This document shows positions 25,362 to 36,900 of a stretch of DNA of 64,000 nucleotides, piece by piece. The notes beneath the pieces were generated by a model that was given only the letters and a program-made list of their open reading frames with translations, was not told where the DNA came from and searched no databases. The stretch comes from Tubulanus polymorphus. Lineage: Eukaryota > Animalia > Nemertea. The stretch spans positions 744,001 to 808,000 of the forward strand of contig NC_134027.1 in NCBI RefSeq assembly GCF_964204645.1. Reading direction: 5' to 3'. The first letter of the stretch is position 1, and every line of letters begins with the position of its first letter. Both the position numbers and the translations under genes were made by a program.

Positions 25362-26762
25362 TCATTGCCATAAATTATGAGATAATGTTTGCCCCGGTGG
25401 ACAGCCACCACCACCACCTCCCCAGCCGGTGCTGTCTAATCCAGTCGCTGTCTGATTAACTCCTGTCATTTTCATCGACGCCATCTGCTGCTGTATCTGT
25501 TCTAGATGATGCTGCGGAGCGCGGTTGAATTGCATCTGACCGTGCATCTGTGGAGGCATTTGAGCGGGTAGCTGCTGATTGGGAGGCATCTGTTGATGGA
25601 TACCGTGCTGGTGCATGCCGATCATCATGTTAGGTTGTATTGTAAACTGTTGTTGCTGGTGCGGTGTATAATGCATCATACCCGGAGCGGCGCAGCTGCT
25701 ATTGCCGCTGCTAGATGCACCATTCTGCTGGAATCCTCCACTCATCATCTGAGCCGCTATAAATTGTTGCTGCTGCTGCTGTTGTTGTTGTTGCTGGTGC
25801 GGTGCAGCTGGTGGTATATACATACCTCCAGGTACGCCGTACACCTGATTGACAGGTGCGTTCGTCGTTGAACCGTACAACGCCATTATCGACTCTTTCG
25901 TTGATTTTGTACCTGTCGTATCCGTGGCAACCGATGTCGTTAATGAATTCAAATCGTTGAAAGCCGACTGTCCGGCGACTGGTACGGCATCGGATTTCGC
26001 AGCTACGCCGTTAGTTTCAGTAGCCGACGCTGCTGCGACAGGTGCGGTCGGTGGACTGAGGAAATCACCGAACGGGTCACTATGACTGGAGGGTGAGGAG
26101 GTTGTTACGCCGTTGTTTGAAGGAATGTCTAACCCTAACAGATCTCCGGTCGACGATGGTTTCGGGGGAGACGTCAATGACTTCGCTTGTACGGCTAACG
26201 GTGTTTTCTTTGGTTCGGTACTCGCTGGACGACGCACCTGCTGCTGCTGCTGCGAGGACGACGAGGCGTTGATCTGTAACGGCATCTGTTTCTTAGGTTT
26301 TTTCTTTTTCTCTTTTTTCTCATCTAACACGACCGATGGAAGGTTTTTCAGTTGCGGAGGAATCCACTCTTTAGCGATATACAGCTTACGTTCGTATTTA
26401 TCACGTATAAAAACCTCCATCTCCGAATCCGAAGACTGAGGCCGTCTGAAGTTATCCGGTAAATTAGCTTCATAAACCGCACGACCTCTACTGTTACCCA
26501 TCTCTTTAACCATAACCATCTGTTCTGGCTGCCATGTATCCAGATTTACCGATTTCACTTTAGATATATGAACGCCGAGGTTTCTATGGATACCGGCGCA
26601 GCGGATACACAGGAAGATACCTAAGTTCCACGATGCCCAGCGTGGACCCTTCGCGTCGCAGTCGACGCAATATTTATTATCTTCATCTTTCAATAGTTGT
26701 AATAAAAACGCTTGATTTAATTGATTTTTGTCTTTCTCTTTTTGTTGCGCGTTACGAGACAT
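25362..26762 (-). CDS. SMAP1: Stromal membrane-associated protein (SMAP1/SMAP2-type ArfGAP), 466 aa, single coding exon
   Basis: N-terminal ArfGAP zinc finger [44 protein letters not shown], Lys-rich stretch, clathrin box LLGLD, DPF motif, KESIMALY, Met/Gln-rich region and C-terminal [10 protein letters not shown]. Likely the pro-ortholog of vertebrate SMAP1 and SMAP2. Confidence 0.96.
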   Translation of the reverse strand: MSRNAQQKEKDKNQLNQAFLLQLLKDEDNKYCVDCDAKGPRWASWNLGIFLCIRCAGIHRNLGVHISKVKSVNLDTWQPEQMVMVKEMGNSRGRAVYEANLPDNFRRPQSSDSEMEVFIRDKYERKLYIAKEWIPPQLKNLPSVVLDEKKEKKKKPKKQMPLQINASSSSQQQQQVRRPASTEPKKTPLAVQAKSLTSPPKPSSTGDLLGLDIPSNNGVTTSSPSSHSDPFGDFLSPPTAPVAAASATETNGVAAKSDAVPVAGQSAFNDLNSLTTSVATDTTGTKSTKESIMALYGSTTNAPVNQVYGVPGGMYIPPAAPHQQQQQQQQQQQFIAAQMMSGGFQQNGASSSGNSSCAAPGMMHYTPHQQQQFTIQPNMMIGMHQHGIHQQMPPNQQLPAQMPPQMHGQMQFNRAPQHHLEQIQQQMASMKMTGVNQTATGLDSTGWGGGGGGCPPGQTLSHNLWQ

Positions 26763-26773
26763 CTTTGAACAAT

Positions 26774-27263
26774 CTAAAAATAGAAATAACGAAATAAATT
26801 AACCATCTCATCTGAAACACGGGACCCTCTCTCCCCTCTCTCCCTCACTTCTCAACGAGCCACATTGGACGTCTCAGCTTTTAGTCAAATACCCTCTAAT
26901 TTCTGGAGCAATGGTAAGATACAATAAACCTGATCTGCACTCAGCAGCTGGCTACCTCAAACTCGTCGGACTATACCCTCCTCCCTCTCCTGTTGCCTCC
27001 CAGACTATCATCCCTCCCTCTTGCTTTGCTTCTTAGCCCAGCCCAGCCCAGCCCACATGGGAACTCACAGAAATACAGAGCTTATGAACGAGGTTTATAA
27101 ACAGTTAGTATAATGATAGATTCACTATAAATCAAACTGTCAGAACCGACTGACACACCGACCGACCGACTGACGGAGACTGGTCTGAACAGGTTTCATT
27201 TTTAGGAAACCAGATATAAACTGAAATGTGTTTAACTTCTCCTGCTGCAGGACTGTATTTTAC
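26774..27263 (-). other. Putative 5' UTR intron of SMAP
   Basis: Minus-strand donor CAG|GTAAAA at 27263 and acceptor ttctatttttAG|attgttcaaagATG at 26774. Confidence 0.6.
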
Positions 27264-27589
27264 CTGTTGTTAATATTCTAGGAGTGATGATGTTGAACCG
27301 AGTGGAATTATTCTAATCCTTCAATAAGAATTTGGAATGTAAAAACGATGATAAAGTGGTTCCTTAAACCAGGAAGTGATTCACAAAACTAGCGTCAACC
27401 GACCGACCGCTATTAGCTGAAACTCATACACGAAACGGCGATTGGAAAATAATCAATATATTCTGTTAAAATAAAAGATTTTTTGAGTAAAAATTAACTC
27501 AATTTAATCAGAAAAATCGTCTGGATTATTTCCTTATTCACAAAACTCGTCACAATAATTTGATAAAATAAAAGCAGAAATGTGGGATT

Positions 27590-27770
27590 TGATCTCGATT
27601 TCGAAGTGCGGGGATTCCCCGAATGACGTTTCCTCATTTTGATAGAAGCCAATCACGGATCTCTTAACATTTCCCGGCATGTCAATCAGCCAATCGCAGC
27701 TGCGTTTACATCTCGACACCTAGAACATTGATTTTACTTCCGGGTTATAAACATTTCGTTTTTGCGCTGT
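27590..27770. promoter_or_regulatory. Putative bidirectional promoter shared by SMAP and Mitf/TFE
   Basis: CpG-rich and TATA-less; CCAAT boxes at ~27649 and ~27691, CRE half-site tgacgt at ~27624, ETS site acttccgg at ~27736; lies between the divergent 5' ends. Confidence 0.7.
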
Positions 27771-27807
27771 TTTTTTTGGATTTTGTGGTTTTGTTTTTGA
27801 ACTCTAA

Positions 27808-27941
27808 ATGCTGCAGCAAGATTCAGGAATCGAGTTTGATATCGGTTTAATCGAGGACGATGTAACTGGAGCTGGCAGTAGTTATGATGGACCTGTTTAC
27901 GTGTTAAAGAGTAAAACAGTAGATGAACGACCAGATCGTCG
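27808..27941 (+). CDS. Mitf: Mitf/TFE first exon A ([11 protein letters not shown]...VYVLKSK)
   Basis: Resembles the MITF-A N-terminus (MQSESGIV...YYELKS); donor gtaagt, phase 2, in frame with the exon at 30418. Confidence 0.85.
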
Positions 27942-30900
27942 GTAAGTCAGTCAGTAGTCAGTGGTGGATGAGTCATCATCATGCTGTAACGCTCTATCAT
28001 CAATCTCTGATCTATTTTATGGTTGTTGTTGGTCACACAGTGGTCCATTTGTATCCACTATCAGTTAAATGACACACTGTTGAGTGTTGTAGTTGTAGGT
28101 TAGTCTAGTGTACTGTCTGTCTGTCACCCGATTGATTGTAAATAATTTGGCTTACCCTCAGTTTGGTTGGACCAGAGGCTCCCAAGATTCTGTGAGCCCA
28201 AAAACATCACTAAAAACAAAAAAGCAGAGTTACTACATAGTGCAGCCACAGCAGGTGCATTATTGGAAGCAACTTTTAATTGTCGCGGTCAATTGCCGAT
28301 TTTTGACAGGTTCTAAGATTGCTGCGGTGAATTTACTTCAATTTCGTCAAAATTAATAGTATAGAAAGAAGAAAAAACATCATTCAATAAATTATTGCGG
28401 CGGCTTTCGTTGCTGTATATCCCTTCAGTATATAATAGTGTTCTACAGTCCTAGCTCGTTACGTTGTGACTGATAGCCAGTGACACAATCTCTCATTACA
28501 GACAGTCTTTGGATCATCTCAACCAATGTCGCTCACAGTTATATGTATCATTACCTAGTCCACCACATAGTGGCTAGGTGACCACAACTGCATTCAGACT
28601 GTCAGTCCGTTGGTTCTATGGTCACTTAAGTGGTCTGGTCACTGTTCAGTCCAGTAGTGGTCAGGTCAGTCCAGTAGTGGTCAGGTCAGTCCAGTAGTGG
28701 TCATATCACTGGTCAGTCCAGTTCTCACTGTTCTGTCCAGTTGTCAGTCCAGTTCTCACTGTTCAGTCCAGTAGTGGTCAGGTCAGTCCAGTTCTCACTG
28801 TTCAGTCCAGTTGTCAGTCCATTGCTCATTGATAAATCGATAAACTTTCAGTAAATAATCAGACACCGGTTTTAAGTTCAGTAATTGATTATTAGCCAAT
28901 CAGCTGCAGCTATCACAGCTGTCGGTTTCACCTCGGGTTCAAATCATTCATTTCTGGATCAAAGCCAAACATTCATTGAAAAACACACATCATCATAAAC
29001 AATAAATTCCACGTGGAAAGAGAGTGGAATCATCACACAGTAAACTCATTGCTCCACGTGAAGAGAAAATGAAATTTTCCATTGGCTCAAAAAAAAAACT
29101 GCACTTGTTTGTGTGATGACCTTGAGTTAGTAGTGATAACATAGGAGGGTCGTAGAAGTTACTCTCTATATAAACACTTTCAAAAACATGAATTATATTA
29201 TTTAATAAGGATTAGTGTTGATTAGTCAGTCGGTATTTTTCCATGCAGCCTGTAACCATGGTAACACTAATGACTGAAACGTGGACTTTGTTTTATGAAT
29301 CATCAATTTTTAAAAATTGGTACTCTTGACAGAGATATGCGTCAAGTGTAACATCCTGTTCACCTTCACTCTCTCTCACTCTCTCTCACTCTCACTCTCT
29401 CACTCTCACTGTACAGCAGCAAGATGTCTCCTGTTTGTGATTATATGAGGTAAGTTTCAATCCAGCTTTCATCTTGTCGATTATTGGTAATCAGTTCAGG
29501 TTTAGGTTGACCCCCATTCACTGTGCAGATTATTATTCAGTGTTATATTTCTCGAGGTGCAATTCTTCTAGTTTTCAAGTGATTTCTGAATATTGAAATC
29601 TATTTCAAGTTGTTTTTCAAAACACTTGAAATGATTTTTATGTGTTAGTATTTTGGTGCTGTTTTTACATATTAGTGTTACAATGGAACCTCGTTACCTC
29701 AAGGGATCGGAAAACCTGTTCGTTATAACCGATAGTTCATTATATCCAGTACGAAAATACTAAGATTGTCTGATTTGGGATGAAATTCTATAATATTTGT
29801 AATATCCGATGAATGAAGAAGGTTGCGCTGTATTGTTATTGATACATGCTGCTGCTACCACTGTGTGTGTGTCATATATAACACAAGCTGTTTCTAGGAA
29901 CTGATTCCAGGATTAACAACATAACAACCCTGGAACTACGCAGTTTATCAATAATTCATCTATTAATCGCGTTTAACCTTTGAATTCAGTCTTATAAAGT
30001 CGACCTTCGGTAGGAAATGTTTTAGGGATATCTTTGAATTTTTGGAACAGTTTTAAGAATTGAGGTTATCGAAGAAAATAGAAGTAGACGAAATGCAGAT
30101 TTTTATCGTCCCAATTTAGGAACTATGTTTCGACACTCATTTTAACAGTTTTGTTTTTTAAACGTTCTAAAGAGATTTTTTTATGACTTATTTTGACGGT
30201 TCATAGTTTTGACTGTTCTAGTTTCATCTATGAATTAGAACGAGACCCACAAACATCATCTGTGAACTTCTCATCCTCCAAAATAACGTACTAGAAATAT
30301 CTGTACGATTATCTATAGCTATTTACAGGTTACAGGCTATTTAACAGGTTACAGGCTGAACTGTCATTTGTCATTTAATGTTTTTCTAATAATTGTGATG
30401 CCGGTGAACTTTTGCAGCCCTACGCCTGACCTAAAATCACAGACAATGACGACTCGTACAAATCTGAAGCTTCAATTGATGAAGCAACAAGTCGCTGATG
30501 AAGAGAGAAAAAATCAACATCAACGATTTATATTAAAACCACAGTTAGCGGAAAGAGCTGAAGCTATTGAAATGCCGATCGCTTCGGGAACATCACCGGT
30601 AGAACTGCCTCCACAAATATTCAAGGTATTGTTTTATAACTCGTTCTCATAAACATCGACCCAGTTCCACAATTATGAGTTCACATTTCACTTGCTGAGT
30701 TAGCGCATTGAAAATGAACTAATTGATTTCAGTTAGAACTCTAACTCATAACTGTGGAACTGACTGCAGAATCCAGGATTCAGTTCCACAGTTATGAGTT
30801 GGAGTTAACTGAAATTGATTAGTTCATTTTCAATAAGTGAACTCTTTGAGTCAAATCTTAAACTCATAACTGTGGAACTGGATGCAGTTAACTCTTAATT

Positions 30901-33900
30901 CCCCACTGTGGATCGACTGAAGATTATTTCATGTAAGTTAGCACTGATGATGGTTAGTTTTATTTGTCTATTTCAGGTGGAGACAAGTTTAGAGAATCCG
31001 ACACGATATCACGTTATTCAAAAACAACAACAGCAAATTCAACAGTTTCTCAGTCAGTCTCAGCCTGGTGGAATTAAATCAATGACCGCTCAATCTTTAC
31101 CAGTTCTTAATAATCATCATTCACTCATACACAATCAACTAGCACCGTTAGGAACTAGTGCACCTCCGACTGATCCTGATAGTCCGTTATCAATGGGTAT
31201 GAGTAGTACAGCTACCAGCTTCTCTGAGGTAAATACCCCCTTCAGGTTACCCGCTACCCCTTTCAGAATACCCCCACCCCCTCAGAATACCCCCTTACCC
31301 CTCAGAACACCCCTACCCCTCAGAATATCCCCTACCCCCTCAGAACACCCCCTACTCCTTCAGAATACTCCCTACCCCCTTCAGAATACCCCTCCCCTTA
31401 ACTCTGTGAGTGAGTTCTCTCAGAAGTCAAGAGTTATAATGATCCTCCCCTTGTGTGTTTGTTCTATTTACTAAATCTCTCTTCTGTGTAAATAAGTATT
31501 AATGATGTAGTTTTTACCAGCAGGACGACCCGCGGTTAATGATTACTATCTCTCTGTAATTATCAATAATTATCTATACAACAATTCATTAATTTCTATG
31601 TGTAGTTAATTTGATTCTCCTCTCACTGTACCAACCATATCCTCTATATGAACTCTTCTACGTGATTTTGGTAAAATCTAATATTTCGTTTATTAACGTG
31701 AACAATAAAACTCCTGTCCTCTCAATATCTGAGACTCTGCTCTCAATATCAGAGACCATCCTCTCAATATCAGAGACCATCCTCTCAATATCTGAGACTC
31801 CGCTCTCAATATCAGAGACCATCCTCTCAATATCTGAGACTCCGCTCTCAATATTTGAGGTCATCCTCTCAAGATCTGAGATCATCCTCTCAATATCTGA
31901 GACCGTCCTCTCAATATCTGAGACTCCGCTCTCAATATCTGAGACCGTCCTCTCAATATCTGAGACTCTGCTCTCAATATCAGAGACCATCCTCTCAATA
32001 TCAGAGACCATCCTCTCAATATCTGAAACCATCCTCTCAATGTCTGAGACTGTCCTCTCAATATCTGAGACTGTCCTCTCAATATCTGAGACCATCCTCT
32101 CAATATAGCTGAGACCATCCTCTCAATATATGAGGTCATCCTCTCAATATATCTGAGACCGTCCTCTCAATATCTGAGACTGTCCTCTCAATATCTGAGA
32201 CTGTCCTCTCAATATCTGAGACCATCCTCTCAATATCTGAGACCATCCTCTCAATATATGAGGTCATCCTCTCAATATATCTGAGACCGTCCTCTCAATA
32301 TCTGAGACCGTCCTCTCAATATCTGATACCATCCTCTCAATGTCTGAGACCGTCCTCTCAATATCTGAGACCATCCTCTCAATATAGCTGAGACCATCCT
32401 CTCAATATCTGAGGTCATCCTCTCAATATAGCTGAGACCGTCCTCTCAATATCTGAGACTGTCTGTAGCTGTTGTTTCAGTGTATATTGAACTGATTGTT
32501 TTATACGTAGGTTGATGAGATATTGGGTGATATTGCGAATATGGAAGCAAATTTAGAAGCGATTCATTCGAATCACTTGGATAGTGATTTAAGTTTAATC
32601 GAACCGACTTTAAATCACATGTCTTCAACTGTAAGTATTCAAAAAAACACACCCTCAATGCTAACCCTGAACTGGAAACCTTCGAAACGGAGTATATCAT
32701 ATTTTAGTGACAGATTTGACGGTATCTAATCAGATCGTTGGCCTCGCTCTCTGTGTTTTATTTGATCTCCTCAATCTGGTCAAAATTCTAATCTATTCTA
32801 GTCTCTGACTTATTAGAACTATGAACGTGTTTAAACTAGTGAATCGCGCGAATCTAGCAGGCGCGAGTGTAGTATCTCTCCCTTAAACTAGTGAATCTAG
32901 CAGGCGCGAGTGTAGTATCTCTCCCTTAAACTAGTGAGTCTAGCAGGCGCGAGTGTAGTATCTCTCCCTTAAACTAGTGAGTCTAGCAGGCGCGAGTGTA
33001 GTATCACTCCCTTAAACTAGTGAGTCTAGCAGGCGCGAGTGTAGTATCTCTCCCTTAAACTAGTGAATCTAGCAGGCGCGAGTGTAGTATCACTCCCTTA
33101 AACTAGTGAGTCTAGCAGGCACGAGTGTAGTATCTCTCCCTTAAACTAGTGAATCTAGCAGGCGCGAGTGTAGTATCTCTCCCTTAAACTAGTGAATCTA
33201 GCAGGCGCGAGTGTAGTATCTCTCCCTTAAACTAGTGAATCTAGCAGGCGCGAGTGTAGTATCTCTCCCTTAAACTAGTGAATCTAGCAGGCGTGAGTGT
33301 AGTATCTCTCCCTTAAACTAGTGAATCTAGCAGGCGTGAGTGTAGTATCTCTCCCTTAAACTAGTGAATCTAGCAGGCGCGAGTGTAGTATCACTCCCTT
33401 AAACTAGTGTGTCTAGCAGGCGCGAGTGTAGTATCTCTCCCTTAAACTAGTGAGTCTAGCAGGCGTGAGTGTAGTATCTCTCCCTTAAACTAGTGAATCT
33501 AGCAGGCGTGAGTGTAGTATCTCTCCCTTAAACTAGTGAGTCTAGCAGGCGCGAGTGTAGTATCTCTCCCTTAAACTAGTGAGTCTAGCAGGCGCGAGTG
33601 TAGTATCTCTCCCTTAAACTAGTGAGTCTAGCAGGCGCGAGTATAGTATCTCTCCCTTAAACTAGTGAGTCTAGCAGGCGTGAGTGTTGTATCTCTCCCT
33701 TAAACTAGTGAATCTAGCAGGCGCGAGTGTAGTATCTCTCCCTTAAACTAGTGAATCTAGCAGGCGCGAGTATAGTATCTCTCCCTTAAACTAGTGAATC
33801 TAGCAGGCGCGAGTGTTGTATCTCTCCCTTAAACTAGTGAATCTAGCAGGCGCGAGTATAGTATCTCTCCCTTAAACTAGTGAGTCTAGCAGGCGTGAGT

Positions 33901-36900
33901 GTTGTATCTCTCCCTTAAACTAGTGAATCTAGCAGGCGCGAGTGTAGTATCTCTCCCTTAAACTAGTGAGTCTAGCAGGCGTGAGTGTAGTATCTCTCCC
34001 TTAAACTAGTGAGTCTAGCAGGCGCGAGTGTTGTATCTCTCCCTCTCTCCATAGTAAAGACTCAAATTGTGTTCATAAACAATAATACTATAATTCACTG
34101 GACTCTCCGACACAAACACTAATAGTTAGTTATAAACAGGTTGTTTAAGTGCGTTTTAATAATAAAAATATTGTTGAAAAGGGTCTTTATTCACTAGTGA
34201 ATATGATAGAGACAAATAAAGACACGACTTATCCGTATTGCAACTTACGCTTAGTGAATTTATTTAGAAATGCAAATTGCGACTCAAAAATATATAGACA
34301 AGACATATAGGCCTAAACGAGTACCGGGTATACGTGTAATTATAAACGGGCAATTTTCTATTGTCGTTTCTAAAAACTAGTTTTAACGTCAATAAAATAG
34401 TTTTTCTAAAGCGAGGTGAATATATAGTGTTATATTTAAACTTCCTCCATTTCAATCTTGTTTTTGTTTTAGTCGTGATTTCGAAAGTAAACGACAAACC
34501 TTTGTCCCCTATTTATAGATAATAATAGCACGATCCATTGTAACTTCCTGTTACCTATCAGTTTGACGGCTATACGCAGAGCCGGTACTTTACTCCTCGC
34601 GAGGGACTCTATAACACTAATACAACAATGCCTGCCTCAGCTGATGAGGGTTCCGCTGATAGAGTTTTAGCCGGAATGCTTATTTCCACTGATCAAATAA
34701 TGAAGGTAACAACAAAAATAATTAGAAATAATTCAATAGTAGAAATTTGTATCGAAAATAATTAAAGGGTTTCATTTTCAATTGTTCATTTTTTTTTTGT
34801 GGTGAGAAATATTTCATATTTCTTTTGATCATCACGTTTTACTTTTTAACTATTTAGGAATTTTTCCTGAAAGTTTTACATTTTCATATATCAAATTTTA
34901 CGTAATGAATTCAACTATATTTCCACGAATAAATTAATCCACTGCGTCATGAATGAATTTATACACCTCGACATATGCGAGTAATTTTACTATATTTGAT
35001 CGTGTGGTTTGATTTGAAATTCTAATTTCTGTGTCTGATGTATTTGATAAATGGTCTCGATGCACAGATGTATCTCTGTAATACAATCTGTTGTATGTGG
35101 GTTTACAAGGTAAATACTGATGACTCTCTCATCCTGATTGTGCGGACCCCTATAGTCGTCAGTCTCGACTCAACTTACTCTGTTTGTCATCTTTCATAAA
35201 CTAACTATCGAATTGTATCAATAACAACTGGCTGAGTATCAAATTATGGCGAGAATATCTATAATTCAGTATAAGTGTCAGTGTCAATGTGAGGTGGAAT
35301 TTACCTCAGATCACTAGAACTCGTTCACTATCTAATCACACAACCTCAACATGATAATAATTGAACTTTACATCAAGAAGAAAAGATTTTTATAAATTAT
35401 CTTCAACTCCTAAATTCACTTATGTACAAGGTTTCATACGTTCAAAAAGTTTTGATGTTTGTTGAAAACAAATCGCGCCATTGTGTAAAGTGCCTATAGC
35501 CCTTGAGGGGGAGGGCTTTCTGACTGGGAGGGCTTTCTCTGTATTCATGAAGAGAGGGGGAGCTTCATTTAGCTGCACGTACTTTATACAAGGAAAAAGA
35601 TACACATCATGTAATATCATGAAAGTGACAAATATTACATACAATATTTATAAGTTCATGATATAGAATTTCTCTATATTTAAGAACGTTGGTTTGTTAG
35701 GATCGTTGAAGGCTGAATGATAAGTGTTTAGGTTTGAATTAACGATGTCATATCTAATTCTTAGGTTATCGTGAGGTTTACAGGATAAAAGAAAATAAAC
35801 TTTGTCGCTAATAACTTAACAATGAGGGCAGATATTGAATGAGCAATGATGAATTTCCTTCCTTTTTTAAATGATTTCAATGAGTGATCAAAACAATAAA
35901 TACCCGGTATGGGTCTAGTTCAATAAGAGGTGGAATCCAGTTTTTGACTGCGTTTCAAAGTTCTGAGCATGTTAAAAATGTGGTCTTGTTATTTTTTCAG
36001 ATAATCAGATGAGTAATATATTGATTGATATTATATTGTTGTAGTTGCCGCAGACGACTGATTTTCTCGAGTTATACGACACAACGAGTAATAAATCATC
36101 GACTTCCTGTCCAACTGATTTCGGTAAAATAAAAGAGGAACCGGCTCCGCGGTTTATGACCGAGGATGAGGCTCGCGCGTGGGCGAAGGATCGACAGAAA
36201 AAAGATAATCACAATATCAGTGAGTTATTCAATAGTTTACTGTGAGTTTACTGTGAGTTATTCAGTGAGTTTACTGTGAGTTATTCAGTGAGTTTACTGT
36301 GAGTTATTCAGTGAGTTTACAGTGAGTTATTCAGTGAGTTATTCAGTGAGTTTACTGTGAGTGCTGCTGAACTCAGGTTCAGTTTGATGTATTATTTAAT
36401 CGTGTATTTATATGATTCTAGTTGAAAGACGACGAAGAGTTCATATTAACGACAGAATTAAAGAATTAGGAACTTTACTTCCGAAATCTATTGATCCGTA
36501 AGTTTTTAATGCTTTTACTCCCTTCTCCTCATTCTCTCCCTTACCTCATCTCTCTCCTCATCCTCCCCCTTACCTTATCTCTCTCCTCTCTCCTCATTCT
36601 CTCCCTTACCTCATCTCTCTCCTCTCTCCTCATTCTCTCCCTTATCTCTCTCCTCATTCTCTCCCTTACCTCATCTCTCTCCTCTCTCCTCATTCTCTCC
36701 CTTACCTCATCTCTCTCCTCATTCTCTCCCTTATCTCTCTCCTCATTCTCTCCCTTACCTCATCTCTCTCCTCTCTCCTCATTCTCTCCCTTACCTCATC
36801 TCTCTCCTCATTCTCTCCCTTACCTTATCTCTCTCCTCTCTCCTCATTCTCTCCCTTACCTCATCTCTCTCCTCATTCTCTCCCTTACCTCATCTCTCTC

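Noticed and set aside
25593-26439. Plus-strand ORFs overlapping SMAP
   Set aside because: They are antisense shadows of the real CDS.
31611-32139. ISETILS / VSDIER coiled-coil-like ORFs
   Set aside because: They are translations of a 21-bp intronic minisatellite that later frameshifts.
35990-36044. Alternative upstream acceptors for Mitf exon 5 (AG at 36000 and 36008)
   Set aside because: Both introduce in-frame stops before 36045, so only the tag|ttg acceptor gives a continuous protein.
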